From the NCBI GenBank assembly GCA_002009975.1, contig MTLP01000007.1:64001-128000 (forward strand): 64,000 bases of DNA, written 5' to 3'. Positions 30,035-40,619 of this stretch are shown here, piece by piece; position 1 is the stretch's first letter; each line of letters begins with the position of its first letter. Both the position numbers and the translations under genes were made by a program. The stretch is from Thermococcus sp. JdFR-02 (GTDB lineage: Archaea; Methanobacteriota_B; Thermococci; Thermococcales; Thermococcaceae). The notes under the pieces were generated by a model. The model was not told the DNA's origin. It made no database searches and saw only the letters and a list, made by a program, of their open reading frames with translations.

Positions 30035-30077
30035 CGCTGAAAAGCTCGCAAGTTTGGTTTATAAGCTTTTAAGTTGA

Positions 30078-30572
30078 TCATCTACGGCGAGGACTTTTTC
30101 TCTTTTCAAAAGTTACCCCGTTCTCTTTGATTGTATCGAGGATCACGGTAACCTTATACTTTTTTAAATTCGCCTTTAATACGGTGTTCATTAGATATTC
30201 AACGAACTTATTAAGCTCACTCATATCTTTGAAGTTTGCCCTTATCATTATCGGGAACTCTCCAGTTTTTCTGTAAATTCCTAAAACATTTTCAAGTCTT
30301 CCAATTGCGTAAAGCTGTGTATTAACATGGGGACCATCCCTAATGACCTCTATTTCTATAATCGCTTGAATAAATTCGTTAAGAAAAGTCGGTTCGACTA
30401 CTGCAGTGTAACCTTTAATTGCTCCCAATTTTTCAAGCTTATCAATCCTGTTTTTTATGCTTGCGGGACTTAATCCCAATTTAAAACCTAACTCAGTTAG
30501 AGTTATTTTTCCATTTTTTCTAAGTTCTCTTAAAATAGCCTCATCCTTTTCATCGAATGCCATTTTCATCAA
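30078..30572 (-). CDS. Lrp/AsnC family regulator
   Basis: HTH DEAILRELRKNGK...RIDKLEKLGAIKGY. Confidence 0.85.
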   Translation of the reverse strand: MMKMAFDEKDEAILRELRKNGKITLTELGFKLGLSPASIKNRIDKLEKLGAIKGYTAVVEPTFLNEFIQAIIEIEVIRDGPHVNTQLYAIGRLENVLGIYRKTGEFPIMIRANFKDMSELNKFVEYLMNTVLKANLKKYKVTVILDTIKENGVTFEKRKSPRRR

Positions 30573-30603
30573 AGAAAAAATTAGAGGTTAGAGGTTAATA
30601 AGT

Positions 30604-31311
30604 TTATTCAATTGTGTGTAGTTGAGGTAGAGTTGAAACTTTTATTGGTTCTCCAAATGCTCTATCTCCTGCATCTCCTAAACCTGGTAAGATATATCCT
30701 TTGGCATTTAACTCTCTGTCAATCTTTGTTACAAACACTTCAACCTCTGGAAACTCTTTTTTAATTCTTTCAATTCCTTCTGGTGCTGCTAGGACTCCTA
30801 AAACTATTATCCTCTTTGGAGTTCCGTATTTTTTAACCTCTTGTATCACTTTGATTAAAGTTGAGCCTGTTGCAATCATTGGATCTGCAACAATCACCGT
30901 ATCCTCTGGTCTTATATGTGGAATCTTGACATATTTCATCTCTATTTCAAATTTTGGTGGCTTTCCTCTGGAAGCTGAGATAATTCCTACCCTTGCATGC
31001 TCCAAAACTTTAATTAGCCCTTCCATTAAAGGAATTGCTGCTCTAAGGACGGTTATGATGACAACGTTTTTCCTATCTTTGGCAATAACTCCCTCCGTTT
31101 CTTCCAGTGGTGTTTCAACTTTAATTTTCTCAAACTCCATAGTTTTTGTTAGCTCATAACCCATGTATCTTCCAAGCTTAACTAATCCTTTCCTAAATGC
31201 TATACTGTCTGTGTTTTTGTCTCTAAGCTCTGTTAAAACTTCCATCAAAAATGGGGAATCCTCAAAGGAATATACACCTTTCCAACGCTTATCTTTCCTC
31301 ATTTCCCTCAC
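30604..31311 (-). CDS. upp: Uracil phosphoribosyltransferase
   Basis: [29 protein letters not shown]. Confidence 0.95.
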   Translation of the reverse strand: MREMRKDKRWKGVYSFEDSPFLMEVLTELRDKNTDSIAFRKGLVKLGRYMGYELTKTMEFEKIKVETPLEETEGVIAKDRKNVVIITVLRAAIPLMEGLIKVLEHARVGIISASRGKPPKFEIEMKYVKIPHIRPEDTVIVADPMIATGSTLIKVIQEVKKYGTPKRIIVLGVLAAPEGIERIKKEFPEVEVFVTKIDRELNAKGYILPGLGDAGDRAFGEPIKVSTLPQLHTIE

Positions 31312-32591
31312 CTCAAGAGTTGATCTAAAATTATAGCGGTCAAAGCTCCAACAGCCATTCCAGATTCTAAAATGCTCCCAATTATTTTAGGAAAATGCTC
31401 TAAAAACTCTGATGGAAGTTGTGGAGAGCCTAAACCAACTATTAAAGCACTTGCAATTATCAGCATGTTCCTATCGTTAAGCTCTACTTTTTCCTTTATT
31501 AGCCTAAGCCCTGTAACGCTTATCATTCCATAAAGTGCTATAGTTAAGCCGCCCAAGACTGGAGCTGGAATTGAAGCCAATATCCCAGAGAATTTTGGAA
31601 TTAGTGAGAACAGGATTAAGATTACTCCGCCTATTTGAACAACTTGTCTGCTTGCAACTTTTGTTAGAGCTACTAGTCCTATGTTTTCTGAGTAGCTTGT
31701 CGTTCCACATGCTCCCAAAAGTCCTGCAATTGAACATGCCAAACCTTCACTCATTATTCCCCTGTTTATGTTTGTGTTCGTTATCTTTGCTTCACTTATT
31801 GCCGAAATAGCATGATAATCACCAACACTCTCGATTATACTCACCATAAAGGCAAATAGGAGTGTAATTATTGCTGTAATTTCAAAGATTGGCACTCCCC
31901 ATGGCAAGGGCTTTGGAATGCTAAATGCTGGCAATTCTTTAACTAAGCTTAAGTCTACCATACCAAGGACTAAGCTAATGAGATAACCAACGAAAGCTCC
32001 AACAATTACGGGCATAGCCCTTAATGAGCCTTTACCCTTTAGAGCTACGTATATTGTGGTTGCAAATGTTGTCAAAGCTATAAATGAAGCCTTTGGAATT
32101 GAAGCTCCAGAAGGATCAGCAAAAAAGTTGAAGGTGTATTTCACGGCTACATGGGCTAAGCTAAAGCCTATGAGCATTATTGTAACTCCTGTAACTAGTG
32201 GGGAGAATAGCTTTTTAACTTTCCCCACAATTCCAAATCCTCCAATCAAAGCTTCAAAGATTCCGCCAGCAATTAGAGCGCCTTCAACCGCTGCCAACCC
32301 TAAGCCTTTGCCAATGCTTATTAACCCTGGAATAAATGCAAAACTCGATCCTTGAACTATTGGATATCTCGACCCTATGGTGGTTTGCAAAAGCGTCGCT
32401 ATTCCCATTGCTAAAAGTACCACTTGAATCATAAGAGCTATATCGCTACTTTTAAGTCCTATCGCTGTTCCGACTACCAAAGGAACAGTTACTGTTGCTC
32501 CGAACATTGCAAGAACATGTTGAAGACCAAGAAGAACGGCTTTTTTATATTCAACTTTGTCCTCGATTCCAAATCTTATTCCATCGCTCAT
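31308..32591 (-). CDS. Uracil/xanthine permease (NCS2)
   Basis: [29 protein letters not shown]; start placed at MSDG. Confidence 0.92.
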   Translation of the reverse strand: MSDGIRFGIEDKVEYKKAVLLGLQHVLAMFGATVTVPLVVGTAIGLKSSDIALMIQVVLLAMGIATLLQTTIGSRYPIVQGSSFAFIPGLISIGKGLGLAAVEGALIAGGIFEALIGGFGIVGKVKKLFSPLVTGVTIMLIGFSLAHVAVKYTFNFFADPSGASIPKASFIALTTFATTIYVALKGKGSLRAMPVIVGAFVGYLISLVLGMVDLSLVKELPAFSIPKPLPWGVPIFEITAIITLLFAFMVSIIESVGDYHAISAISEAKITNTNINRGIMSEGLACSIAGLLGACGTTSYSENIGLVALTKVASRQVVQIGGVILILFSLIPKFSGILASIPAPVLGGLTIALYGMISVTGLRLIKEKVELNDRNMLIIASALIVGLGSPQLPSEFLEHFPKIIGSILESGMAVGALTAIILDQLLR

Positions 32592-32664
32592 TAAAAGCCC
32601 GCTCAAGCTGTGAGAAATTTTGCTTAAAAAGTTTTCGGAAAAGGTAAAAATTAACAAAGATATG

Positions 32665-33036
32665 TTAATCTCCAACTTCTGATGGAGGAATGTTATCTTC
32701 CCTTATTGGAATTAAGCAAAGAAATTCGAAGGTCTCTGAATCTTCATTTACAAATTGATGAAGTTCATTAGGCTTTATGAATGCGAAACTCCCAGGAACG
32801 AGCTTTATCTTTTTTCTTCCATCGGTTAAGTATCCTTCACCTTTAATCACGAATACCTCATGCTCCCATTCGTGTTGGTGTAGGGGGCTATGACCGCCTT
32901 TTCTAATAACAAAATAACGCATAGCAAAGGTTTTAGCACCAATTTTTGGAGCTATGAGCCACCTGATTGTTGTATTTTTGACGCCTTCCATTTCAACTTC
33001 TTTCTCTTCAATATCTTTGTAGTGGGACACAAACAT
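32665..33036 (-). CDS. Cupin domain protein
   Basis: HQHEWEHE...PNELHQF. Confidence 0.88.
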   Translation of the reverse strand: MFVSHYKDIEEKEVEMEGVKNTTIRWLIAPKIGAKTFAMRYFVIRKGGHSPLHQHEWEHEVFVIKGEGYLTDGRKKIKLVPGSFAFIKPNELHQFVNEDSETFEFLCLIPIREDNIPPSEVGD

Positions 33037-33154
33037 AATATCACCATAAAGAATAGCCTTTAATACTTTTTAAAATTTCTAAAGTGAAGTTTGGCTTTCG
33101 CTCCATAACAGCTTTAAAAAATGAAGAACAATAGTTTTTCTTAGGTGGAGCTTA

Positions 33155-34846
33155 ATGAAAAAACTATTGGTGTTGTTTTTAATAGGTTTGGTGTTGTTTT
33201 CAGCTGGATGTGCTCAAAAACAAGAAACACAAACTTCAGCTGCTTCATCCCCAACTCCAACTCAAACTCTGACAGAAACCGTAAAACCTACAGAGAGTGA
33301 AACAATTACAGAAACCCAAACAACAATTGCGAAAATAAAGAAGGAGATCAATTTTAAGGAGTATAAGAGAGGAGAAATAATTGCCAACTGGGATAAACTT
33401 TTTGATACTAGTGTTATTTATGTTAGCGAAGGTTATGAGGACCTGGTTAGGTACTATTTCCCAAATGCAAAGATAAAACCTGCCAGTGAGTTCCAAGAGG
33501 GGATAGCTATTCTCTCCCCAAAAGATGCAAGGGAATTGCTAAGAGGAAAACCAATGCTAATAACGATAAATGATTACTTTGGCTACGTAACTTACAAGGT
33601 TGGCTACAAGTTCATTGGCGAGGATATTGGAATGATGATTGCTTACAAAGAAGATGGTAAAGACAGGCTCATTTTCACAGGAAATGGAAAAGCTGGCATA
33701 GGATCTTCCATTAGATATGCAATGGAGCTTAAAGAGGGTAAAAGACAGCCCAACCCAACCTATACCCTAAGAAGGGGAGAATTTGAAGGAGTTGTCGTTA
33801 AGGAAATTGGAGACAATGATTGGGATGGAATAGCGGATGAAGATGAGTACTGGGTTCTAAAGGAGATTTATTTCAAAGAGCCTTTTATTTATAATTGGCG
33901 TATTGTAAAAGGAGAAAATGTGACGGTAAAAGGAGGATTTATACGGCTTGTCAATGGTTCTACCGTCTATATAAGAGCATTAGGGTTCAATATAAGCGTG
34001 GAGATTAAAGGATCTAAAAACGCCGCCATAGCATATGTAATTGAGAACATCAATCCGAAGATCATGGAATTGCCCCAGGGCATTGAAGTTGGGGAGACGT
34101 GGATTAAGTTTACAACAAATAAGGAGGAGTTTAACATCTATGCTAAGGACATTGATGATTACACCTTCATTGCATTTGGTGATAACAGACCCGGAAGTGG
34201 TAAAAAGCAGCCGGAAGTTTTCTTAAAGCTCATGGATATGATGAACAATGAAAACGCATTATTTATTGTGAGCGGTGGAGACTTGGTTTATTCTGGAAGG
34301 GTGGATGAATGGGGCGAGCTAATGAAAGTTTGGAACTTTAACAAGCCAGTTTTCATTGCTCCAGGTAATCACGAATATCAGGGAGAAGGTGTTAATGTTT
34401 ATCATAAACTCTTTGGACCCGGAGATTACTCGTTTATTCTGGGCAATTACTACTTCATCTTTATAAACAACGTTGAAAATGGGTATAAGCTGAGCAAATC
34501 CCAATGGCAATGGTTTGAAGGTGAGCTTGAAAGAGCTAAAGTTCTTAACAAAACACCAGTAATCATTATGCATGCTCCCCCAGTTGATCCAAGACCAGGA
34601 GGAAAGCATTCAATGGACGAAAAAGAGGGTAAAAAAGTTCTAGAGTTGATGAAGCAGTACAATGCCTTTGGAATTTTCAGTCATATTCATATTTACTGGT
34701 ATGGAGAAATTGATGGTGTAAAATTCCTAGTTACTGGAGGTGGAGGAGCTCCACTGTATGCAAAAGAAGAGGAAGGAGGCTTTTACCATTACGTGAAGAT
34801 TAATGTAAACGACAAAATACAGGTGGAACCAGTTAAAGTTAGCTAA
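33155..34846 (+). CDS. Lipoprotein with C-terminal metallophosphoesterase
   Basis: Lipobox SAGC, Thr-rich linker; GDNR, GDLV, GNHE, SHIH. Confidence 0.85.
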   Translation: MKKLLVLFLIGLVLFSAGCAQKQETQTSAASSPTPTQTLTETVKPTESETITETQTTIAKIKKEINFKEYKRGEIIANWDKLFDTSVIYVSEGYEDLVRYYFPNAKIKPASEFQEGIAILSPKDARELLRGKPMLITINDYFGYVTYKVGYKFIGEDIGMMIAYKEDGKDRLIFTGNGKAGIGSSIRYAMELKEGKRQPNPTYTLRRGEFEGVVVKEIGDNDWDGIADEDEYWVLKEIYFKEPFIYNWRIVKGENVTVKGGFIRLVNGSTVYIRALGFNISVEIKGSKNAAIAYVIENINPKIMELPQGIEVGETWIKFTTNKEEFNIYAKDIDDYTFIAFGDNRPGSGKKQPEVFLKLMDMMNNENALFIVSGGDLVYSGRVDEWGELMKVWNFNKPVFIAPGNHEYQGEGVNVYHKLFGPGDYSFILGNYYFIFINNVENGYKLSKSQWQWFEGELERAKVLNKTPVIIMHAPPVDPRPGGKHSMDEKEGKKVLELMKQYNAFGIFSHIHIYWYGEIDGVKFLVTGGGGAPLYAKEEEGGFYHYVKINVNDKIQVEPVKVS

Positions 34847-34943
34847 CCTCTCTTTTATGTTCTTTTTTGTTCTTTAATGCCTCAAGTTGGTTAGAAAGGT
34901 TATTAAACTCTTAATGCATGAAAGAGCAATTGGAGGTGATATT

Positions 34944-35114
34944 ATGCAGCCTCCTAAAAAGAAGAGACCTCTTGAGGAGGAAGAGTTTGAAGAGGAGTTT
35001 TTTGAAGAAGAGGAAGTGGAATTTGAAGAGTGGGATGAGGATTGGGAAGAGGAAGAATTTGAAGAAGATTGGGAGGAAGACTGGGAAGAGGAGTGGGACG
35101 AGGACGAGTGGTAG
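34944..35114 (+). CDS. Small highly acidic Trp/Phe-punctuated protein
   Basis: RBS GGAGGTGA at 34932; MQPPKKKRP followed by an E/D/W/F tract. Confidence 0.7.
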   Translation: MQPPKKKRPLEEEEFEEEFFEEEEVEFEEWDEDWEEEEFEEDWEEDWEEEWDEDEW

Positions 35115-35224
35115 TTTCTTTTTGTTAAGGTCTGTTTGACTTTTGATATATATTCTATATAGTAATTTCTGGATGTCTATATTCTATTGCGGAAAACTAT
35201 TTATTTATCCCCTCTTAGCGGTAT

Positions 35225-36466
35225 TTGGTGGTGATGATGATCGATATAGCTCTGTTAACTAATCCCTGGTTTTTAATCACGATAGTTGTTGGTCTTTCTA
35301 TGGCTTGGGCAATAGGAGCTAATGATGCTGCAAATTCAATGAGTACCGCTGTTGGTGCAAGGGCAATAACTCCAAAGCAAGCGGTTTTAATCGCTGCAGT
35401 TTTAGAGTTTACTGGAGCCTATTTCTTTGGAAAAAGCGTTACTGAGACCATAAGGAAAGGTATAATCGATCCATCTATGATAAGCGAACCAAATGTATTA
35501 ATTTATGGTTCAATAGCCGCTCTTTTAGCGGCAACCCTTTGGTTGCTCATAGCAACGAAGTTCGGTTTGCCAGTTTCAACAACTCACTCAATTATAGGTG
35601 GAATAGTTGGTTATGGTATCGTTTATGCTGGATTTGGAATAGTAAATTGGGGCAAAATGACTCAGGTAGTCTTGAGCTGGTTCCTTTCACCGGTTTTTGG
35701 TGCAATAATGGCATATGTTGTATTTAGGACGATTAGAAAAAGTATTCTAATGTCTAAAGATCCAATTAAGAGTGCTAAGCGTTATGCTCCAGTTTGGATT
35801 GGGTTAGCCTTTGTTGTTATTGGAACTATGTTTTACATTAAAACCCTGCATGGAAAGGATATAATAACAGCTTTAAAGTATGGAGTTTTAGCTGGATTCT
35901 CAGCTTTCTTGATAAGCTTCTTCTTATTGAGGAATCATGTTCTAACAAAAGATCCCTATTTAGCAGTTGAGGGAATATTTAAGAAGGTTCAAGTCTTAAC
36001 TTCTTGTTATGTGGCTTTATCACATGGGGCAAATGATGTTGCAAATGCCATAGGTCCAGTTGCGGCAGTTTATGCGGTTGCCACAATGGGTTTAGCTGGA
36101 ATGAAAGTTCCCGTTCCAAAGTGGATTTTGGCAATGGGTGGATTAGGAATTGCAGTGGGTGTTGCAACATGGGGTTACAAGGTTATGGAGACCGTTGGAA
36201 AGAGGATCACAGAGCTTACAAATACGAGAGGATTTAGCATAGACTTTGCCGCTGCAACGACTGTATTAATTGCTTCACGCCTGGGTATGCCAATTTCAAC
36301 AACACATACTGTAGTAGGTGCTGTTATTGGTGTTGGATTAGCCAGAGGAGTAAAAGCAATAAACAAGAACGTCGTTAGGGATATTATAATCTCATGGTTC
36401 ATTACAGTTCCTATAGCGGCAATAATTTCGGCGATTATATTCAAGATTTTAATGTTTATGGGGTGA
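35225..36466 (+). CDS. Inorganic phosphate transporter (PiT)
   Basis: GANDAAN and HGANDVAN; PVSTTH and PISTTH. Confidence 0.95.
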   Translation: MVVMMIDIALLTNPWFLITIVVGLSMAWAIGANDAANSMSTAVGARAITPKQAVLIAAVLEFTGAYFFGKSVTETIRKGIIDPSMISEPNVLIYGSIAALLAATLWLLIATKFGLPVSTTHSIIGGIVGYGIVYAGFGIVNWGKMTQVVLSWFLSPVFGAIMAYVVFRTIRKSILMSKDPIKSAKRYAPVWIGLAFVVIGTMFYIKTLHGKDIITALKYGVLAGFSAFLISFFLLRNHVLTKDPYLAVEGIFKKVQVLTSCYVALSHGANDVANAIGPVAAVYAVATMGLAGMKVPVPKWILAMGGLGIAVGVATWGYKVMETVGKRITELTNTRGFSIDFAAATTVLIASRLGMPISTTHTVVGAVIGVGLARGVKAINKNVVRDIIISWFITVPIAAIISAIIFKILMFMG

Positions 36467-36470
36467 GAAA

Positions 36471-37145
36471 ATGCAGGTTTGGAAAAAACTCTTTGCGAAA
36501 AGTCCTTTTAAACCTATGATAAAGCATGCAGAGGTTGTTTTAGAAACGGTTGAAACCTTAGAGAAGGCTTTGGAGTTGTGGGATCAAGGTAATTATGATG
36601 AAATGGAAAAAGTAGCGGTTGAGGTTGATCACTTAGAGGATATTGCGGATAGAATAAAAGAGGAGATTAGGGATAGCTTAAGCTCAAAACTTTTCATGCC
36701 GGTCAACAGGGGAGACATTTTGAGATATCTTCACATGCAAGATAAAATTGCTGATGCTGCAGAAGATGTTGCAAAATGGCTCTTAGTGAAAAGACCCGAT
36801 GGAGTTCCAGAGGAAATTAAGGGAATTCTAATAAAGATGGGAAAGGAGAGTATAACTGCTGCAAAGCTCGTTTATAATGCCATAGTTCAGTTAGATACAG
36901 TATTGGAGAGTGGGTTCAATGAAAGAGAAATAGCTAAGGAGTACGAGCTTATAAAACAAATTGAAAGTGTCGAAAACAAAATCGATGGATTGGACACAAA
37001 GCTTATGCAACTTGTCTTTGAAAGAGCCAATGAGCTTAGCTGGGGAGAAGGGATTTACATTTTAAACATCGCAAGATGTTTGAGCAGTATCTCTGATAAA
37101 GCAAAGGATTCCGCAGAAAGAATAAGGTTGATGATGTCAAAATGA
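36471..37145 (+). CDS. DUF47/TIGR00153 phosphate transport regulator
   Basis: FAKSPF, LEDIAD, QDKIAD; operonic with PiT. Confidence 0.88.
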   Translation: MQVWKKLFAKSPFKPMIKHAEVVLETVETLEKALELWDQGNYDEMEKVAVEVDHLEDIADRIKEEIRDSLSSKLFMPVNRGDILRYLHMQDKIADAAEDVAKWLLVKRPDGVPEEIKGILIKMGKESITAAKLVYNAIVQLDTVLESGFNEREIAKEYELIKQIESVENKIDGLDTKLMQLVFERANELSWGEGIYILNIARCLSSISDKAKDSAERIRLMMSK

Positions 37146-38015
37146 CTACATAACACAGCACTGCTCTATTATCTCCACTTCTCTAATTTTCATCGCCCAT
37201 TCTATAATTTTTCTTGGAGGATTTGTTATTCTATCAACGCCTATCAAAATTGCCCCTTTATCGAATTCTAAACGCCATTTGCCAAGGGGTCTCATGCATC
37301 CTATACTTAGCTCACCATTAAACTTTTCTCTTGCATATTTGACAACTTCCAAGCTTTCTTTCACGCTTGGTTTTTCTGCATTTTCCATCTCGGTACCTTT
37401 AGTTGGGATTAAAACATCTAAAACAAGGACATCAATTGGATATTTCAAGAGCATGTCTATAGCTTCGTATTCCCACCAAATTTTTCCAAAATCTAAGCCT
37501 ATCGTTATGTGAGGAGCAACTTTAACTCCATTAGAGGTTAGGATATCTAAAATCTTAATGTAGTCCTTAACTGTTTTGTTGATCTTATAAACCCGCTTTA
37601 TAACATCGTTATTTCCAACAAAGTCTAAAGAAACAGCGTCTACATATTTAACCCATTCTAAATCATTTTCGTCAATAAAGCCAACGTGAGCATTTAACTT
37701 TAAACTCGTCTCTTTTTTTATAAGCTTTATTTCATCGGCAAACTTGTCTAAGGGAACTTTTAAGCGTTCATCAAGTCCTCCACTCAAGAGACAGCCAACA
37801 TAACCTTCGCGTTCTAAGTGTTTACAATATTCTACCAGATTAAAACGCGTAACTTTCCTCATACCCTCTAAATAGTGCCTATTGCAGTGAGCACAGTTTA
37901 AAGAGCAATAAGCACCTGTTAAAGAAATAGAAGGAAACTTAGAGCCAGGAATGTAAATTTTGAGCTTTTTTCGTAAAGAGTTCATTTTTTCACCCGTCAC
38001 TTCATAAAATTCCAC
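37146..38015 (-). CDS. Radical SAM protein, LipS1-type lipoyl synthase component
   Basis: CSLNCAHC, GCMR motif, C-terminal CC; coupled to lipoate ligase. Confidence 0.75.
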   Translation of the reverse strand: MEFYEVTGEKMNSLRKKLKIYIPGSKFPSISLTGAYCSLNCAHCNRHYLEGMRKVTRFNLVEYCKHLEREGYVGCLLSGGLDERLKVPLDKFADEIKLIKKETSLKLNAHVGFIDENDLEWVKYVDAVSLDFVGNNDVIKRVYKINKTVKDYIKILDILTSNGVKVAPHITIGLDFGKIWWEYEAIDMLLKYPIDVLVLDVLIPTKGTEMENAEKPSVKESLEVVKYAREKFNGELSIGCMRPLGKWRLEFDKGAILIGVDRITNPPRKIIEWAMKIREVEIIEQCCVM

Positions 38016-38755
38016 TTTTCGTTTCCATAGCGCTCCTCTATGAGTTTTTCTGCTAATTCAAGTTCATAATCGGTCAATTTGCCTTCTTCAAGAGGGAACT
38101 CTTCAAAGAACTTGCTTTTCAAGAGCTCATAAACTTCTCTGCTACTCATTTTAATGCCCTCTTTTTCTAAGGTGGTCACCCTCTGCCAGATGCTTTTTAT
38201 TCCCTTGTCTTGGAGCTTCTTCTGTGAAACCTTAAGAACCGATACCAACGTTTCCAAACGTGTTGCATACATAAAAGTCCCATGCTGTAGAATGACTCCT
38301 TTCCTTCTCGTTTGTGCTGAACCACTTATCTTTTTGCCATTAGCTATTATATCATTTAGTCCGGAGAACTGTGCATTAATACCGAGTGCTTTTAGTGCTT
38401 CAACCAAAGGAGAAGCTAAAATGCGGTAACTCTTTTCTATGTTTTTCAAGTCTGGGTGAGAGTCTTCTTTAATAATCACGCTGTACGTTATTTCTCCATA
38501 TTCATCGTGGAAAACGCTTCCGCCACCTGTAATCCTCCTAACAACTGGAATATTGAGCTCTTTGCATTTTTCTAAGTTAACATCGTGCTCGATACTTTGA
38601 AATCTCCCCATAGTTATCGATGAAGGCTTGAAGATGTACAATCTAACTGTGTCCTCAACTTTTCCTTCGCTTCTAGCAATTAGTATTGCCTCATCAATAG
38701 CCATCTGAACCTCTGGGCGAGCGATTATCAATGGAACAAAACGCATGACTTTCAC
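37997..38755 (-). CDS. Lipoate-protein ligase, catalytic domain
   Basis: MAIDEA, RRITGGGSVFHD, KKISGSAQ, LQHGT. Confidence 0.92.
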   Translation of the reverse strand: MKVMRFVPLIIARPEVQMAIDEAILIARSEGKVEDTVRLYIFKPSSITMGRFQSIEHDVNLEKCKELNIPVVRRITGGGSVFHDEYGEITYSVIIKEDSHPDLKNIEKSYRILASPLVEALKALGINAQFSGLNDIIANGKKISGSAQTRRKGVILQHGTFMYATRLETLVSVLKVSQKKLQDKGIKSIWQRVTTLEKEGIKMSSREVYELLKSKFFEEFPLEEGKLTDYELELAEKLIEERYGNEKWNFMK

Positions 38756-39106
38756 CTATTCAATATTTGGTTTTATCTCCTCAACCTCTTCTAAAATTTC
38801 CTCCTCTTCCTCTTCAAGTAAAAATTGTTCTTCTAATCTTTCCTCAATAGCAACCTTCTTTCTCTCCTTCATTGTTAGCTTTTCAGCTTCAGCAACCATG
38901 TTCAATAAGACAGCAGCAACTCTTGCAGCAGTTTCAGTTCTTAAGGAAGCCTTGGATTCAATTCCTTCGTTGTGGATTATCATGCTTACGTTTGCAGGTC
39001 TAAAATTACCGTTGGAGTCAATATGAGGCTCCCACAAACTTAAAGCTATGTACTTATCCTTTGCTCCCATGTAAATCCTAATAGTATATCTCGGTTTGTT
39101 AACCAT
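38756..39106 (-). CDS. Hypothetical protein with acidic tail
   Basis: RBS GGTGA; abuts the lipoate ligase gene. Confidence 0.7.
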   Translation of the reverse strand: MVNKPRYTIRIYMGAKDKYIALSLWEPHIDSNGNFRPANVSMIIHNEGIESKASLRTETAARVAAVLLNMVAEAEKLTMKERKKVAIEERLEEQFLLEEEEEEILEEVEEIKPNIE

Positions 39107-39203
39107 AATATCACCGCTTTTTAATTATTCATTATCAATTAAAAATCCTTTCTTGGGCATGTCAAGTTACTATGGAAAGACATAAATAGTTTTCAGAATA
39201 ATA

Positions 39204-40511
39204 TTGATTAAGGTGTTTGAAATGAATTTAGCTTTTGTAAGATATGAAGAGCTTATGAATATTGAAAAGACTGGTCGTTTGATTGTTATGGAGTATGATC
39301 CGCTATGGAATTTGGAAAAGCAGTTTTTTAAGGTTGTAGAATTCATGGTAAATTCTGGATATGAGATTGTTGTAACTGACATCTTGGACGAACTAGCCAT
39401 TTATTCGTACCAAGCTGATGTAAAAGGGCTTGATTATTCGATCATCAAAAAGATTCCCGTTGTTAAGGTGGGTGGTCATAAAGATATTGGAAAGGTGATT
39501 GGGAAAGTACCTTTAGAAAGCTATTCAATGATAAAAAAGAAGTTGGCTGAGTCATTTTCTTCATATTTTAAAAATGAAGGAGTGGTAGTTAACATACTTC
39601 TTGGAATTGAGAAATATCTCTTGCTTTTAGAGACACATGAAGCGGTTTCTATGATACATGACATGGTTCTTACATCTGCATTAAACAAAAACTTCGTGAA
39701 TTTGCTACTCATAAACAAGGATGTGCTTGCTGGTATAAATGAGGGAGTAAGAGCTATGCTTGAAGAAGCCGCCTCTATGTTGCTCATTCCAAGAAAAAAT
39801 AGGCTTAAGATAATTAAGTCTCCTGATCCAGCATTAGTTGGAAAACATCTTTTGCTAAAGGAAGAGAGAATGGCTGAGATAGCCCTTGAGCAATTTTTGA
39901 ATTATTTACTGCCAAAAGAAACTGTTATTATTAACTTCAGATCAGTCGATACTCCCTATGAACTTGTGAGAGGAATACTGGAATGGGCTAAGGGCTATGA
40001 CGTAATAATAACAGACACCTTGGATAATCTTGAGATTTACAAACATTTCTTGGATGCTAAAGGGTATGGAGATTTGTTAAAGCGTGTAAATATAATAAAA
40101 ATTGGTGGAGTTTCAGAGAAAGGCAATATCATAAAAAGAGTTAACCTAAGCATAAGTCTCTCGGGAAGAGATGAGTATATGAAAGCCATTAGTAGTGTGA
40201 CTCACAAAAACAAGAAGGCTCTTAATTTAGTTATAGGTTTAGAAAAAGCTGCCCTGCTTTTTGATAGAAGAGGTGTGCTCAATTTACTAGACCATTTAGA
40301 ATATGTGCTCTTGGAAAAGCCTAGGAGTGTCTTTGATATTGCACTTGTGAACTTGGATATAATAGAAAAAGCTAGGATTGAAGTAAAAGGAATGGCAAAT
40401 GCTCTAGCAACAACCATATGTGTTGTGGAAAGGGAGAATGGGAATCTATACCTAAAAGTCTTAAAATGTCCAAAGGAAGAGTTAATAGGAGTAAGGGTAA
40501 TAACATCTTGA
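39204..40511 (+). CDS. Tandem DUF257-like (degenerate RecA/KaiC-fold) protein
   Basis: Twice-repeated pattern TD(I/T)LDxL...K(V/I)GG...G(I/L)EK...KxP. Confidence 0.7.
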   Translation: MIKVFEMNLAFVRYEELMNIEKTGRLIVMEYDPLWNLEKQFFKVVEFMVNSGYEIVVTDILDELAIYSYQADVKGLDYSIIKKIPVVKVGGHKDIGKVIGKVPLESYSMIKKKLAESFSSYFKNEGVVVNILLGIEKYLLLLETHEAVSMIHDMVLTSALNKNFVNLLLINKDVLAGINEGVRAMLEEAASMLLIPRKNRLKIIKSPDPALVGKHLLLKEERMAEIALEQFLNYLLPKETVIINFRSVDTPYELVRGILEWAKGYDVIITDTLDNLEIYKHFLDAKGYGDLLKRVNIIKIGGVSEKGNIIKRVNLSISLSGRDEYMKAISSVTHKNKKALNLVIGLEKAALLFDRRGVLNLLDHLEYVLLEKPRSVFDIALVNLDIIEKARIEVKGMANALATTICVVERENGNLYLKVLKCPKEELIGVRVITS

Positions 40512-40514
40512 GCG

Positions 40515-40563
40515 ATGATGAGATGTCACCGGGCGGAGAAATGAAGAAAGTAGCCACCACTGA
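40515..40563 (+). ncRNA. C/D box guide sRNA
   Basis: ATGATGA - 12 nt - CGGA - ATGAAGA - 12 nt - CTGA. Confidence 0.8.
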
Positions 40564-40567
40564 GCGG

Positions 40568-40617
40568 TCAGACGCCGATTAGTTCATCACCTTTCAGCAA
40601 CCTACCCTTAACATCAT
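40568..40617 (-). ncRNA. C/D box guide sRNA
   Basis: Minus strand ATGATGT - TAAGGGTAGGTTG - CTGA - GTGATGA - ACTAATCGGCGT - CTGA. Confidence 0.8.
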
Positions 40618-40619
40618 CC

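Noticed and set aside
34970-35110. GAA/GAG-rich repetitive DNA as a repeat array or CRISPR
   Set aside because: Explained by Glu/Asp/Trp codons; no repeat-spacer periodicity was seen here or elsewhere in the window.
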